A DNA stretch of 64,000 nt from Synechococcus sp. (GCA_047285305.1 JBJBDL010000003.1:736001-800000), one strand, 5' to 3'; counted from the stretch's first letter, positions 1 through 14,917 are shown. Translations and numbers: made by a program. Notes: generated by a model from the letters alone, not told the origin.

Positions 1-68
1 AAAGATCAGCCTACGAAGCGGCCTGATCACGCCGGAACTGACAGAATCCGATCACTTGAAGTTCAAGG

Positions 69-998
69 ATGGGCACCACCCGTCTCGTCAGCCGTCGCCG
101 TCAGGATTCCGGCGCTAAGTGGGCCCGTATCGCCATGGCGGTGCTGGCCACCGCTGGGCTGATCGACACCGGTTCGATCACGCTGAAGCGATGGGGTCTG
201 CTCGGCAACCTCACCTGTCCGATGGGAGCCGACGGTTGTGACAAGGTGCTTAACAGCGCCTGGGGCACGGTGTTCGCCGGGATTCCGCTCTCGTTGGTGG
301 GGGTGCTGGCCTATGGCGCGATGCTGCTTATGGCGCTGCTGCCCCTGTTGCCAGGGCTGCAAGAGAACAAGGGCGACCTGTCCCGCCGCACCTGGTGGGG
401 TCTGTTCACCGTATCTCTCGGTATGGCCGTCTTCAGCGGTGTGCTGTTGGGGGTGATGCTGCTCAAGATCCAGGCCTTCTGTTTTTTCTGTGTTCTTTCA
501 GCTGCGCTGTCCCTCGCCCTGTTTGTGCTGTCCATCGTTGGTGGTGGTTGGGACGACTTGGGGCAGCTCGCTTTTCGCGGCGTGCTTCTGGCCCTGGCGG
601 TGCTGCTGGGGGGCTTGATCTGGGCGTCGGTGGTGGATCCAGACCGGCCCGACACTGTGGTCAGCGGATCCGGCGTTGCACCCGTTGTCACCACCGAGAG
701 CACGTCAGCTTCGATCGCCTTGGCTGAGCACCTCACCAGCAGCGGCGCCGTGATGTATTCCGCTTACTGGTGCCCCCACTGCCACGAACAGAAGGAGCTG
801 TTCGGCAAGCAGGCCTCGGATCAGCTGAACGTGGTGGAGTGTGCGCCGGACGGTGAGAACAACCAGGCCGATCTTTGCCGCAGCAAGGGATTGGAGGGTT
901 TCCCCAGTTGGGAGATCAACGGCAGCATCGATTCCGGGGTGAAAGGGCTCAACACTCTTTCGGAACTCAGTGGCTACGAGGGCGAAACCGACTTCTGA
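69..998 (+). CDS. Vitamin K epoxide reductase (VKOR) fused to a thioredoxin-like domain
   Basis: Multi-TM N-terminal region with loop cysteines and a CFFC motif; C-terminal YWCPHC thioredoxin-like domain. Confidence 0.9.
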   Translation: MGTTRLVSRRRQDSGAKWARIAMAVLATAGLIDTGSITLKRWGLLGNLTCPMGADGCDKVLNSAWGTVFAGIPLSLVGVLAYGAMLLMALLPLLPGLQENKGDLSRRTWWGLFTVSLGMAVFSGVLLGVMLLKIQAFCFFCVLSAALSLALFVLSIVGGGWDDLGQLAFRGVLLALAVLLGGLIWASVVDPDRPDTVVSGSGVAPVVTTESTSASIALAEHLTSSGAVMYSAYWCPHCHEQKELFGKQASDQLNVVECAPDGENNQADLCRSKGLEGFPSWEINGSIDSGVKGLNTLSELSGYEGETDF

Positions 999-1011
999 AT
1001 CAGGACTGCCC

Positions 1012-2670
1012 TTAGTCCCGGACGGCACGGGTGACGATGCCCCGTTGCCGTTGTTGCCGGGAATGCTGCCTCCATTGCGGTAGCGGAGCAGGAGCATCGC
1101 TGCGGTAGTGGCCTCCCCGGCTTTCTCCGCGAAACAGGCAGGCCTCCAGCATCAGACGGCTGGTCAGCAACCTGTGGCTGAGATCCAGCAACAGGTTCAG
1201 ATCGCGTCGGCTGCTTTCGGCCAACAGCCTGGGGGCACAGGGGTCTTGCCGTAGCAGGGCCTGAAGCAGTGCCTGCTGCTCCAGACGTTGTTCGTCGGCT
1301 TGCACTTTGCCGATGGCCTGGCGCAGTCCAGCGGCGGATCGTTCAACCCCCGCCCGTCGCCAGCAGAGATGCCGCAGCTGCTCGATGGCGTCGATCAAGT
1401 GCGAACTGCTGCAGCCGTCGAGGTCCAAGGCAAGCGGTTGCGTTGTGTCGCTGGCGAGGGCTGCTGGGACGGGCCCGAGCTCGATCTCTTTGAGGCGATG
1501 GGCGAACACCAGGCACTCCATCAGGGAGTTGCTGGCCAGTCGGTTAGCGCCATGCAGGCCTGTGCAGGCCACTTCTCCCACGGCATAGAGCCCTGGCAGT
1601 GTGGTGGCGGCACTCAGGTCTGTGGCCACCCCTCCCATCCAGTAGTGGGCGGCTGGGGCCACGGGGATTGGCCGTTCCAATGGATTCAATCCGAGTTCGT
1701 CGCAGCGGTCCAGGATCGTTGGGAAGCGTCGCTCCGCTTGTTCCCGAGGGATGGCGGCAAAGTCGAGCCACATCTGTTTCACCTCCTGCCGCTGCATGGC
1801 CTGCATCAAGGCTCGGCTCACCTGGTCCCGCGGTGAGAGGTCGCGTTGGGGCAGATGGGCCACAGGGCTGCCCCCGAGGGCATCCACCAGCACGCCGCCC
1901 TCTCCGCGAACGGCTTCGGAGATCAGAAAGCAGGGGGCGTCATCTAGGCGAATGGCCGTTGGATGAAACTGAACGAATTCCAGATCTTCCACGGCTGCGC
2001 CTGCCTGCCAGGCGAGGGCGATGCCTTCGCCACAGGCCTGGGCTGGGTTGGTGGTGTTGGCGTACAGATGACCACCACCGCCGCTGGCCAATACCACCGC
2101 GCGGGCTTCGATCCCGTGAAGATGGGCCCCATCCAGCACCTGCACGCCGCAACAACGCCCATCGCGTACCAGCAGCTGCGTCACGCGCACGCCGCGGCGA
2201 TGCAGCAATCTTGGCCGTTGCTCAACACGATCCCGCAGCACATCCACCAGGGCTCGCCCTGTGCGGTCTTGTACATGCAGCACTCGTCTGTGGCTGTGGG
2301 CTGCTTCCAGGGTGGTGGCCAGACCGTCCTGATCCCGGTCGAAGGCCATGCCCAGCTGCTCCAGGCGCTCAACGCAATGGGGTGCCTCTTGCACTAACAG
2401 CCGCACCGCATCGCCATCGCAAAGGCCGGCTCCAGCCAGAACGGTGTCCTCCGCATGGCTGTCGGCGCTGTCCTCCTTGCGGGTCACCGCGGCAATGCCC
2501 CCCTGGGCCCAGCGGCTGGAAGAACGCCGTCCCGTGTTGCGGTTGAGCAGTAACACCTTGAACTCTGGCGGCAGATCAAGGCAGGTCATCAACCCAGCCG
2601 CCCCGGCACCGATAACCACCACGTCCCAGGGACCTGAGGGGATGGGATCAGAGCTGCGGGGCTGGGCCAT
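1012..2670 (-). CDS. nadB: L-aspartate oxidase
   Basis: GAGAAG FAD motif, SSRWAQGGIAA, QFHPT, AHYWMGG, GLHGANRLASNSL, ESRGGHYR. Start placed at ATG 2670 because the ORF-track start runs through a terminator. Confidence 0.92.
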   Translation of the reverse strand: MAQPRSSDPIPSGPWDVVVIGAGAAGLMTCLDLPPEFKVLLLNRNTGRRSSSRWAQGGIAAVTRKEDSADSHAEDTVLAGAGLCDGDAVRLLVQEAPHCVERLEQLGMAFDRDQDGLATTLEAAHSHRRVLHVQDRTGRALVDVLRDRVEQRPRLLHRRGVRVTQLLVRDGRCCGVQVLDGAHLHGIEARAVVLASGGGGHLYANTTNPAQACGEGIALAWQAGAAVEDLEFVQFHPTAIRLDDAPCFLISEAVRGEGGVLVDALGGSPVAHLPQRDLSPRDQVSRALMQAMQRQEVKQMWLDFAAIPREQAERRFPTILDRCDELGLNPLERPIPVAPAAHYWMGGVATDLSAATTLPGLYAVGEVACTGLHGANRLASNSLMECLVFAHRLKEIELGPVPAALASDTTQPLALDLDGCSSSHLIDAIEQLRHLCWRRAGVERSAAGLRQAIGKVQADEQRLEQQALLQALLRQDPCAPRLLAESSRRDLNLLLDLSHRLLTSRLMLEACLFRGESRGGHYRSDAPAPLPQWRQHSRQQRQRGIVTRAVRD

Positions 2671-2679
2671 CACGAGGAC

Positions 2680-2706
2680 AAAAAAACCGCCGGTGGACCG
2701 GCGGTT
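2680..2706 (-). terminator. Rho-independent terminator after psbU
   Basis: Minus strand reads AACCGCCGGT-CC-ACCGGCGGTTTTTTT, a GC stem plus U tract. Confidence 0.8.
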
Positions 2707-2740
2707 CAAGCAGTCACAACCAGTGTGACGGGGTCATGAA

Positions 2741-3148
2741 TCAGCGGTATTGGCCGTCGTTGATACGGTCGTCGCCCTCGTTCAGAGCAATGGAGGGAGG
2801 GGTAACGGTGAAGTTGTCGCGGTACTTCGCGAACAGCTCCTGCTGACGCTCAGTTAGATCAAGAGACAGCACGTCGTCAACGCTGTCGTAAGGGCCACCC
2901 AGCACGATCTTGCCGGCCATGGTCGGGTACATCCCGGGGAACTGCTGGAAACGGCGCACGGAGGAATTGTTCAAATCCACCTTGCCGTCCCGTGCTGCAA
3001 TTTTGTCATCCGCGATGTTGCGGATCTCATTGCCGGAATACTTGTTGCGAAGGTCGTCGTCGGCATAGACGCTGCTCGGAAGCACGAGGCCTGCCATCAG
3101 GCTCGCCATCACTAGTGCGCCGGTCAGCCAGCTCAGAAGCCGCTTCAT
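2741..3148 (-). CDS. psbU: Photosystem II extrinsic protein PsbU
   Basis: Signal peptide, KVDLNNSSVRRFQQFPGMYPT, C-terminal DRINDGQYR. Confidence 0.95.
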   Translation of the reverse strand: MKRLLSWLTGALVMASLMAGLVLPSSVYADDDLRNKYSGNEIRNIADDKIAARDGKVDLNNSSVRRFQQFPGMYPTMAGKIVLGGPYDSVDDVLSLDLTERQQELFAKYRDNFTVTPPSIALNEGDDRINDGQYR

Positions 3149-3260
3149 CTCAACTCTCGATCAGGGGTCGGAACGGGTCGACCGGCAGTGCCGGCTCCGG
3201 AAGACTACAAGTCGTTGCGCCGTTCGAACCCTTGAACCGGTGCAGCTTTTGCAGTTCGTT

Positions 3261-3971
3261 TCACTCGATCAGGCCACTGAGCCCGGGCTGCAGCAAGGCT
3301 GAGAGCAAGAACAAGCCATCCACCCAAAGGGTGGTGATCAAGACGGCAGCGGCCATGGATCCCGCATCACCGGTGAAACCGCCGCTGTTCCTGCTCAGGC
3401 GACGTCCAGCCAAAAGAACGAGAACTGCTGAGATCACCAGAGTGAACAGAGGCAGGGGCTGAAGCAGATGCGTCCCCGCTTGATGCAGCAGTAGCGGCGC
3501 TTGATCGAGGGAGGCTGTCACCACTGCGGGCCAGAACTGCATCACGCCGGTGGCCGCCATGGCCAGGTCGGTGCAAGCTGTGCCCACCAGGGAAGATAAA
3601 TAAAATGTGGCTGCCAGGCGCCAGCGCCCCTGCAGGCCGCCCAAGGCCATGGGCACGGCGAAGGCTTCCACCGGTATGTGCAGAACGGGATGGGCTCGCA
3701 GCCAACCCCAGAAAATGCACCCTGCCAGCCAGCTGCCGCTGAAACCCACAAGCAGGGAACCCAGGTCGGATGTTGTCTGGGAGCGGCTCTGATGCATAAC
3801 CAGTCCGGCTGCAACCAGAACTCCGGTGAACAAGGTGGCTGAGAACGGATCCAGCCTCACCCAGGGGGCTTGCAGGAACACCGGGAGGACCACCATCGCA
3901 GCTGCGATGCGGGCCACGGGAAAGGACCACGACCGAGCGGGGGCTGATGTTTGCCAGGTGCCGCCGATCAA
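3261..3971 (-). CDS. Conserved cyanobacterial membrane protein (DUF3120-like)
   Basis: PVFLQAPWVR, WGWLR and HIPVEA motifs; multi-TM. Confidence 0.75.
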   Translation of the reverse strand: MIGGTWQTSAPARSWSFPVARIAAAMVVLPVFLQAPWVRLDPFSATLFTGVLVAAGLVMHQSRSQTTSDLGSLLVGFSGSWLAGCIFWGWLRAHPVLHIPVEAFAVPMALGGLQGRWRLAATFYLSSLVGTACTDLAMAATGVMQFWPAVVTASLDQAPLLLHQAGTHLLQPLPLFTLVISAVLVLLAGRRLSRNSGGFTGDAGSMAAAVLITTLWVDGLFLLSALLQPGLSGLIE

Positions 3972-4081
3972 ATGTCCTTTATGAAGAAAGTCACGGAACC
4001 TTAGAAGACATCATCAAGTGACGCGGCGGACATGACCGCTTTTCCGGCCGGGGATAGCGTCAGAGCGACACTCCTACGTTG

Positions 4082-4945
4082 ATGGCGGACCCCTCTGCAT
4101 CACTCACCCTGCTTGAGGCCTGCTGGCATGACCTGGTGTTGGGGGTGGTTCAAGGACTCACTGAATTTCTGCCGATCAGCAGCACCGCTCATTTGAAGGT
4201 GGTTCCTGAGCTCCTGGGTTGGGGCGATCCGGGTGTCTCCGTGATCGCTGCCATTCAGTTGGGCAGCATCGTTGCCGTTATCGCTTATTTCCGCACTGAT
4301 CTCAACCAGGTGCTGCGGGGCATCAGCCTCGCCTTTTGCAATGGCCAGTGGCGCGAACCCGAGGTGCGTCTCGGGTTCGCCATGTTGGTTGGCACCCTGC
4401 CGATCTTGCTGATCGGATTAGGGATCAAATTCGCTTGGGCCCAGGGCTACGAACAGTCACCCCTGCGCAGTGTTCCCTGTATCGCCATCGTCTCGATTGT
4501 GATGGCGTTGCTGCTGGCCTTGGCGGAACGGGTCGGCGCACGGCGCAAGCAGCTTTCAGGGGTTTCAGGCCGCGATGGCCTGTTGGTGGGGCTGGCCCAG
4601 GCCCTCGCATTGATCCCAGGGGTCTCGCGTTCCGGCAGCACTCTTACTGCGGCCCTGTTCGACGGTTGGCAGCGTGCTGATGCAGCCCGCTTTTCCTTCC
4701 TTTTGGGCATTCCCGCCATCACTATCGCGGGTCTGGTGGAGCTCAAGAATGCTCTGGCCTCCAGCCCTGGCAACGGTCCCCTGCCGTTGCTGGTCGGAAT
4801 TGGTTCGGCTGCAGTGGTTTCATGGCTGGCGATTGATTGGTTGCTGAAGTTCCTGCAGCGCAACAGCACCTGGGTCTTCGTCGCTTACCGGTTGCTGTTC
4901 GGGCTGCTGCTGCTGGCCTGGTGGGGCGTTCACGGCGCAAACTGA
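4082..4945 (+). CDS. uppP: Undecaprenyl-diphosphate phosphatase
   Basis: QGLTEFLPISSTAH and PGVSRSGST motifs. Confidence 0.95.
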   Translation: MADPSASLTLLEACWHDLVLGVVQGLTEFLPISSTAHLKVVPELLGWGDPGVSVIAAIQLGSIVAVIAYFRTDLNQVLRGISLAFCNGQWREPEVRLGFAMLVGTLPILLIGLGIKFAWAQGYEQSPLRSVPCIAIVSIVMALLLALAERVGARRKQLSGVSGRDGLLVGLAQALALIPGVSRSGSTLTAALFDGWQRADAARFSFLLGIPAITIAGLVELKNALASSPGNGPLPLLVGIGSAAVVSWLAIDWLLKFLQRNSTWVFVAYRLLFGLLLLAWWGVHGAN

Positions 4946-4964
4946 GTTCAGATGAAGCCGGCTT

Positions 4965-6350
4965 GTGTGGAATGAGCCATCCGCCGGGGTTGCCGTTGCA
5001 GCTCTGGATCCAAGTAGCAGTAGTCGTCAACCGCAGCCCGCGGTGGTCGCCTCCGTCGAGTCTGGCTCGATCGGGGAGGAGTTGGGTTTTGAGCCGGGTG
5101 ATCAGTTGCTCAGCATCAATGGCATTCGCCCGCGCGATCTGATCGATTACCGCTACCTCTGCGTGGAGGAGGAGCTTTGCCTTGAGGTGCGTGATGCAAA
5201 AGGTGCGCTGCATCGGGTGGAGTTGGAAAAGGATGCCGATGACGGCCTTGGGCTGGCTTTCACGGAGGCTCTGTTCGATGGCTTGCGCCAGTGCAACAAC
5301 AACTGTCCGTTCTGTTTCATCGATCAGCAGCCTCCGGGGCGGCGCGACAGCCTCTATCTCAAAGACGACGATTACCGGCTGAGTTTTCTCTATGGCTCCT
5401 ATCTGACGCTCACCAACCTGGGCGAGGCCGACTGGCAGCGAATTGAAGAGCAGCGTCTATCGCCTTTGTTCGTCTCGGTGCATGCCACGGATCCCGAGCT
5501 GCGTTCACGACTGTTGGTGAATCCGCGTGCTGCCCAGGTGATGGACCAGCTCGCCTGGTTTGATCAGCGTGATCTGCAAATCCATGCACAGGTGGTGGTT
5601 TGCCCGGGACTGAATGACGGCCGTGCCTTGGCGAGAACGCTGAACGACCTTGCCGCCTTCGCGGCTGGCCCCTGGCCGGCGGTGCTTTCTGCGGCGGTCG
5701 TGCCGGTGGGGCTCACCCGCTTCAGGCCGGCTGACGATGGCTTGGTTCCTGTGGATCCGGACTGCGCCCGCAGGGTGATTGCTCAGGTTGAACCCATGCA
5801 GCAGCACTTTCAGGAGGTTTTGGGCACCCGTTTCGCCTGGCTCTCCGATGAGTGGTACCTGGTTGCGGGATTGCCCTTGCCGCCCCGGGATAACTACGAG
5901 GATTTTCCGCAGCAGGAAAACGGCGTGGGCAGCATCCGTGCCTTCCTTGAAGCGTTGGATGCCGCAACTGAGGATTTGCCCAGCGCGGTTCCTCACCCCC
6001 GGCATTGCAGCTGGGTGGTCGGTCAGATCGTGGCGCAGGCGTTGCAGCCTGTGGCTGAACGGCTAAATGCTGTTGATGGCGTCGAGTTTCACCTGATCGG
6101 TTTGCCGAGTCCTTACTGGGGGCAGGAGCAAGTTGTGACTGGACTTCTGACGGGACAGGATCTGCTCACTGGCCTGCAGGGTCGAGATCTGGGCGATGAG
6201 CTGCTGCTGCCATCGGTGATGTTGCGGCAAGGGGAGCCCGTTTTTCTGGATGACATGACCCTGCAAGACCTAGTTGAACAGCTACCGGTCCCCATTCAGA
6301 TCGTGCATGGGGCGGCTGACGTCGTGGACTCAGTTTTGGGTGCGGTGTGA
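4965..6350 (+). CDS. PDZ-domain radical SAM / Fe-S oxidoreductase (TIGR03279-like)
   Basis: N-terminal PDZ-like segment, CNNNCPFC motif, KDDDYRLSFLYGSYLTLTN, ENGVG. Confidence 0.85.
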   Translation: MWNEPSAGVAVAALDPSSSSRQPQPAVVASVESGSIGEELGFEPGDQLLSINGIRPRDLIDYRYLCVEEELCLEVRDAKGALHRVELEKDADDGLGLAFTEALFDGLRQCNNNCPFCFIDQQPPGRRDSLYLKDDDYRLSFLYGSYLTLTNLGEADWQRIEEQRLSPLFVSVHATDPELRSRLLVNPRAAQVMDQLAWFDQRDLQIHAQVVVCPGLNDGRALARTLNDLAAFAAGPWPAVLSAAVVPVGLTRFRPADDGLVPVDPDCARRVIAQVEPMQQHFQEVLGTRFAWLSDEWYLVAGLPLPPRDNYEDFPQQENGVGSIRAFLEALDAATEDLPSAVPHPRHCSWVVGQIVAQALQPVAERLNAVDGVEFHLIGLPSPYWGQEQVVTGLLTGQDLLTGLQGRDLGDELLLPSVMLRQGEPVFLDDMTLQDLVEQLPVPIQIVHGAADVVDSVLGAV

Positions 6351-6386
6351 AAAAGTCCCTAGGCTCCTTGAAATTTCCTGGATACT

Positions 6387-8093
6387 GTGCGTCGGATCAC
6401 CGCGGGTATTTGTCTCGTAGCGGGCCTTGCTACCACCGGTGTTTCCCCTGCGCTAGGCGAAGACGCAGTTCAGGCTGAGTCGACTTTGTTTGATCAGGCC
6501 ACGCTTCCGGATGCGATCGATCTGAAGGGTGCTCGTCCCAAGGCTGATCCCTCTTTGATAGTTCCAGCAGTGGATGTTTTGCCGCCATCCCTCGAGCATC
6601 TGGAAGCACCTCCATCTTTGGCGCTTCCAGATGTTCCTTCTCAGGTGCGCATTCATGAGCTGCGTCCACTCACACTCGCAGAAGCACTTCAGCTGGCGGA
6701 AGTCAACAGTCCTCAGCTCAAAGTTGCGGCTAGTCAGGTGGATCAAGCCAAGTCATCTTTGCAAGCAGCTGTTGCGGCTTGGTATCCCACCATCGACCTG
6801 TCTGCGAACGGTCTACCTGAATACTTTGCTTTTTATTCCTATCGGAACCCAGATTTCGTCACCAACAACGAGACCTACGGTCGTCAGTGGCGGGTCAATG
6901 GCAGCTTGCAGGTGAGTTGGGATCTGATCAATCCCGCCCGTGTTCCTCAAATCGCTGCCGCTCGTGATCGCTTTGAGCGAGCCGGAGACTCGTATTTGAT
7001 TGCTCTTCGTGATCTTCGACTCGAGGTGCAGACTGCCTACTTTGCGCTGCAGCAAGCCGATGAGGGTGTGCGCATCGGCCAGGACTCTGTTAAAGCGTCA
7101 TTGGTGAGCTACCGCGATGCCCGGGCGCGCTTCAATGCAGGTGTGAATACAAAGCTGGAGGTCCTGGAATCGGAGACTCAGCTGGCGCGGGACCGCAATA
7201 TTCTGACTGCTAATCGGCGTGATCAGGAGACTCAGCGCCGCAACCTGGCCAGAGTGCTAGGACTTCCTCATGATGTCACTCCGACTGCCGCAACACCCGC
7301 GAGACCCTTGGGCCTTTGGGAGCCCACACTTCAGGAAAGCATTGTTGCTGCGTACAACTACAGCGAAGAGCTTGATCAACTGATCCTTGATATCTCAATC
7401 AACAACAGTCAAGCCAATGCGTCCCTGGCGGCAGTTCAGCCTGTCCTGAGTTTTGTGAATTCCACCTCGGCGTCGCGAACGGAAGGGCAAAACGGTCAGA
7501 CATCTCTTAGTGATATCGATATGGGGGATTTCACTTATGGCGTGCAAAACAGCACAGCGTTAACAGCGAGTTGGCGCTTGTTTGATGGTGGGCGTGCTCG
7601 TGCTGAATACAGGCGCTCTAAGCAGGCCGCGGAAGAAAGCCGCCTCAATTTTGCGAGAACTCGTGATCAGATCCGCTTTCAGGTTGAGAGAAGCTTTTTT
7701 GGTTTGCGAGCCGCCATTCAGAACATTGACACCACAGCCACTGAGGTTCTGTCATCAAAGGAATCCCTTCGGCTGTCTCAGCTGAGGGTTCAAGCGGGTG
7801 TTGGGGTCCAGAGAGAGGTGGTCAACAGCCAGCGTGATCTCACTCAGGCAGAATTGAAATATGCCCGTGCCCTTAACGATTACAACACCAATTTGGTGAC
7901 GCTTCAGCGCCGCACGGGCTTGGATGCCTTAATCGCCTGCAACGCGATCTCACTTTCGGGAAACAAGTCGGAATCCGATCCACATCCGATTCCGATTGAA
8001 CCCACGCCGCTGAAGACCGCTTGCCCATCAGTGGCTACCGATGTTTCGTCGGTCAATCAAACTGAGCTCAGTCCTGTTCAGCCTCTGTGGTGA
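6387..8093 (+). CDS. TolC-family outer membrane efflux protein
   Basis: Signal peptide, two OEP repeats, W.LFDGGR motif. Confidence 0.85.
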   Translation: MRRITAGICLVAGLATTGVSPALGEDAVQAESTLFDQATLPDAIDLKGARPKADPSLIVPAVDVLPPSLEHLEAPPSLALPDVPSQVRIHELRPLTLAEALQLAEVNSPQLKVAASQVDQAKSSLQAAVAAWYPTIDLSANGLPEYFAFYSYRNPDFVTNNETYGRQWRVNGSLQVSWDLINPARVPQIAAARDRFERAGDSYLIALRDLRLEVQTAYFALQQADEGVRIGQDSVKASLVSYRDARARFNAGVNTKLEVLESETQLARDRNILTANRRDQETQRRNLARVLGLPHDVTPTAATPARPLGLWEPTLQESIVAAYNYSEELDQLILDISINNSQANASLAAVQPVLSFVNSTSASRTEGQNGQTSLSDIDMGDFTYGVQNSTALTASWRLFDGGRARAEYRRSKQAAEESRLNFARTRDQIRFQVERSFFGLRAAIQNIDTTATEVLSSKESLRLSQLRVQAGVGVQREVVNSQRDLTQAELKYARALNDYNTNLVTLQRRTGLDALIACNAISLSGNKSESDPHPIPIEPTPLKTACPSVATDVSSVNQTELSPVQPLW

Positions 8094-8890
8094 CTTTGGT
8101 GCTCAGTGACGATCAACTGGGCGCTGTTCATCTGTTGCTGGATCGCATTCGTGCTCGTCAGCTTCAGGACTTTGGTCAGATCGGCTCTGACGTAAAGCCC
8201 GATGGCTCCTTAATTACGGACTGCGATCGCTGGAGTGATGCAGCTCTGGTCGAGGGCTTGGCCAGCATCGCCCCCGGTGAAGGGGTCCTCAGTGAGGAAG
8301 GATCGAAAACAGTTCCGAACACGCGGGCCTACTGGGTTGTGGATCCCCTGGACGGGACCACAAACTTCGCGGCGGGCATTCCCTATTGGGCGATTTCCGT
8401 GGCCCGGTTCGTCGATGGCCGTCCCAGTGAGGTGTTTCTGGATGTGCCAGCGCACAACCAACGCTTTGTCGCTTTGCGTGGTCGCGGTGCCACCCGAAAC
8501 AATCAGCCGTTGACCTCGGAGACCCGAGCTTTGGCCACCAGTGCTTGCGTATCTCTCTGCAGCCGCTCGATTCGTGTGCTTCAGCGCAAGCCTGATCAGC
8601 GCTTCCCCGGAAAGATCCGTCTACTTGGTGTCGCCAGCCTCAATTTGGTGAGTGTTGCAATGGGGCAGACCATCGCTTCACTGGAAGCCACCCCCAAGAT
8701 TTGGGATTTGGCGGCGGCTTGGTTGGTGCTTGATGAACTGGGCTGTCCGATTCGCTGGTTGGATGCAGATCCTGCGCAGCTCTCTCCTGGAGAAGACTTG
8801 GCTGACCGCGGATTCCCCATGTTGGCGGCTGGTTCATGGGCTCATTTGGCGCGTTTCCTCCCTTGGGGAGAGGCTTTGGTTCAGTTCTGA
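8087..8890 (+). CDS. Inositol monophosphatase family protein
   Basis: LSEE, WVVDPLDGTTNF, WDLAAA motifs. Confidence 0.9.
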   Translation: MVTLVLSDDQLGAVHLLLDRIRARQLQDFGQIGSDVKPDGSLITDCDRWSDAALVEGLASIAPGEGVLSEEGSKTVPNTRAYWVVDPLDGTTNFAAGIPYWAISVARFVDGRPSEVFLDVPAHNQRFVALRGRGATRNNQPLTSETRALATSACVSLCSRSIRVLQRKPDQRFPGKIRLLGVASLNLVSVAMGQTIASLEATPKIWDLAAAWLVLDELGCPIRWLDADPAQLSPGEDLADRGFPMLAAGSWAHLARFLPWGEALVQF

Positions 8891-8900
8891 AGGGTCTCTA

Positions 8901-8930
8901 TTGAGACAGCGGGGGATGCGGTGTTATGGT
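8901..8930 (+). promoter_or_regulatory. Candidate rRNA operon promoter
   Basis: TTGAGA-N18-TATGGT with an upstream TG, at the start of the rrn leader; positional inference only. Confidence 0.35.
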
Positions 8931-9123
8931 TTTGTCTTGCGCGGGAGCCGAGAGGCAAGCGCGCAAGCCGAAGCGCTTGAGGCGAAAGTCTTGATGTGTC
9001 TGAGGCGGCTTACATGGCCAGGAGGGAGCGATCCCACGGTGTTGTAAGTTCTTTAAGCGGTCGCGAGAGGCCGCGATGACCAACCAACCGATCTCCTGAG
9101 AGGGAGTGAGGAATAGTTCGGTC

Positions 9124-9136
9124 GCACCTGGACAAC
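9124..9136 (+). promoter_or_regulatory. boxA-like antitermination element in the rrn leader
   Basis: GCACCTGGACAAC, nearly identical to the ITS copy GAACCTTGACAAC. Confidence 0.55.
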
Positions 9137-9496
9137 TGAAAAGTTTAGGAACTGACGCTTTCATCGCGTTTGGTTCCGAGCCGAACCGAGAGGTGAGGTG
9201 AGGGGCTAAATGAAAGAGCGATGAAGGTGTGAGGTCCCGTCAAAAATTTCGTTGCGAAGAAGCAATTCGCTGCAACGAGAGGGTTTTCACGAGCTCTCTT
9301 GTTGCCGGTGTGCGAATTGTGGAGCAACAACCGGATCTGAGATCCCGGAAAGTCATTGACAGAGAAATCTAGAGATGCACTCTTAAGAACCCTTTTGTGT
9401 CAGCGAAAGGAGGCCTCAACTGTTGCCAGTTTTGACTGAGTAATGGGTGACGCAAATCATTTTGAGGAAGCGAAAGTTTCCAAGAGGAAATGATCT

Positions 9497-10982
<1,486 letters not shown>

Positions 10983-11166
10983 CAGGGAGACAACACAATG
11001 ATTTTGATGCCTGAGTGCTTTTATTCTTAGGCCGAAATCCTGTCACCTTAGGTCGATCGGTACCTCAGCTTTGAAGTCAAGGATCAGCTCCAATGTTGAT
11101 TGCTTGATGGAGATTTTCAGTTCCTAAACTTTGTCTAGGTCACACCCCAAAAGGGATGAGACTCCT

Positions 11167-11240
<74 letters not shown>

Positions 11241-11249
11241 TTCGGTGTT

Positions 11250-11322
11250 GGGGGTTTAGCTCAGTTGGTAGAGCGCCTGCTTTGCAAGCAGGATGTCAGG
11301 AGTTCGAGTCTCCTAACCTCCA
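11250..11322 (+). tRNA. tRNA-Ala(TGC)
   Basis: Cloverleaf with anticodon arm CCTGC-TTTGCAA-GCAGG, in the ITS. Confidence 0.97.
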
Positions 11323-11514
11323 CTGACCGAACTTGATTCCCATCTCCAATTTTTTGGAGTTGAGCTCGATTGGAGTGTGATTTAGATGTGTCCGCTGGAT
11401 GACCCCAGCTTCCTGTCATTCCAAGTTTTAGGTTAAAGCCTTAATTTGGTTGATAAGATGCTGGGCTCGGATCAAATAATCAAGCAATTGGTGATTTGAT
11501 TTGAAGTTCTGGCA

Positions 11515-11527
11515 GAACCTTGACAAC
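11515..11527 (+). promoter_or_regulatory. ITS boxA
   Basis: GAACCTTGACAAC, the typical cyanobacterial ITS boxA. Confidence 0.7.
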
Positions 11528-11755
11528 TGCATAGGTGAGTCTGGAAAAAACAAAGCATCTTACAGATGCATTGTTTTGAATCTGATCTTCTGAAAGGGAG
11601 ATTAGATCTAGAACAATGAAAATTCTTTTGAGCAAGAGCCGAGACTCTTGAACGTTCTTTGATTCGTGTCGAGCGAATCAGAGTTTGATCTTGTTTTTAG
11701 CAATAAAAACTTGAGAATCTGCTTTCAACGGCGGTAAGCGTTCAGGAGGTTAATT

Positions 11756-14621
<2,866 letters not shown>

Positions 14622-14732
14622 AACATTTTGGTTCTTGCCTGAAGACTCATTTCTTTGTTTGATTCAGACGTGCAGCATTCGCTGCAGATCCTATGCAGTT
14701 CTCAGGGTTCATCCCTTGGGAATGTTTATCTA

Positions 14733-14849
14733 TCCTGGTGTCCATGGCGGTGTGGTCCCACTCCGATCCATCCCGAACTCGGTTGTGAAACGCATCAGCG
14801 GCGACGATATTTGGGGGGTAGCCCCCTGAGAAAATAGCTCGATGCCAGG
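14733..14849 (+). rRNA. rrf: 5S rRNA
   Basis: TCCTGGTG...TGCCAGG terminal stem, CCATCCCGAACTC. Confidence 0.95.
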
Positions 14850-14917
14850 TAAAACATTCTCTGAATAGGTTGATGATGCGCTGATTGCTGAAGCAATCAC
14901 CATCACCACCCACGAAG

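Noticed and set aside
8930..9496. Hairpins in the long rrn leader as a separate ncRNA or CRISPR-like array
   Set aside because: No regularly spaced repeats; the structures fit a normal rRNA leader with processing stems and boxA
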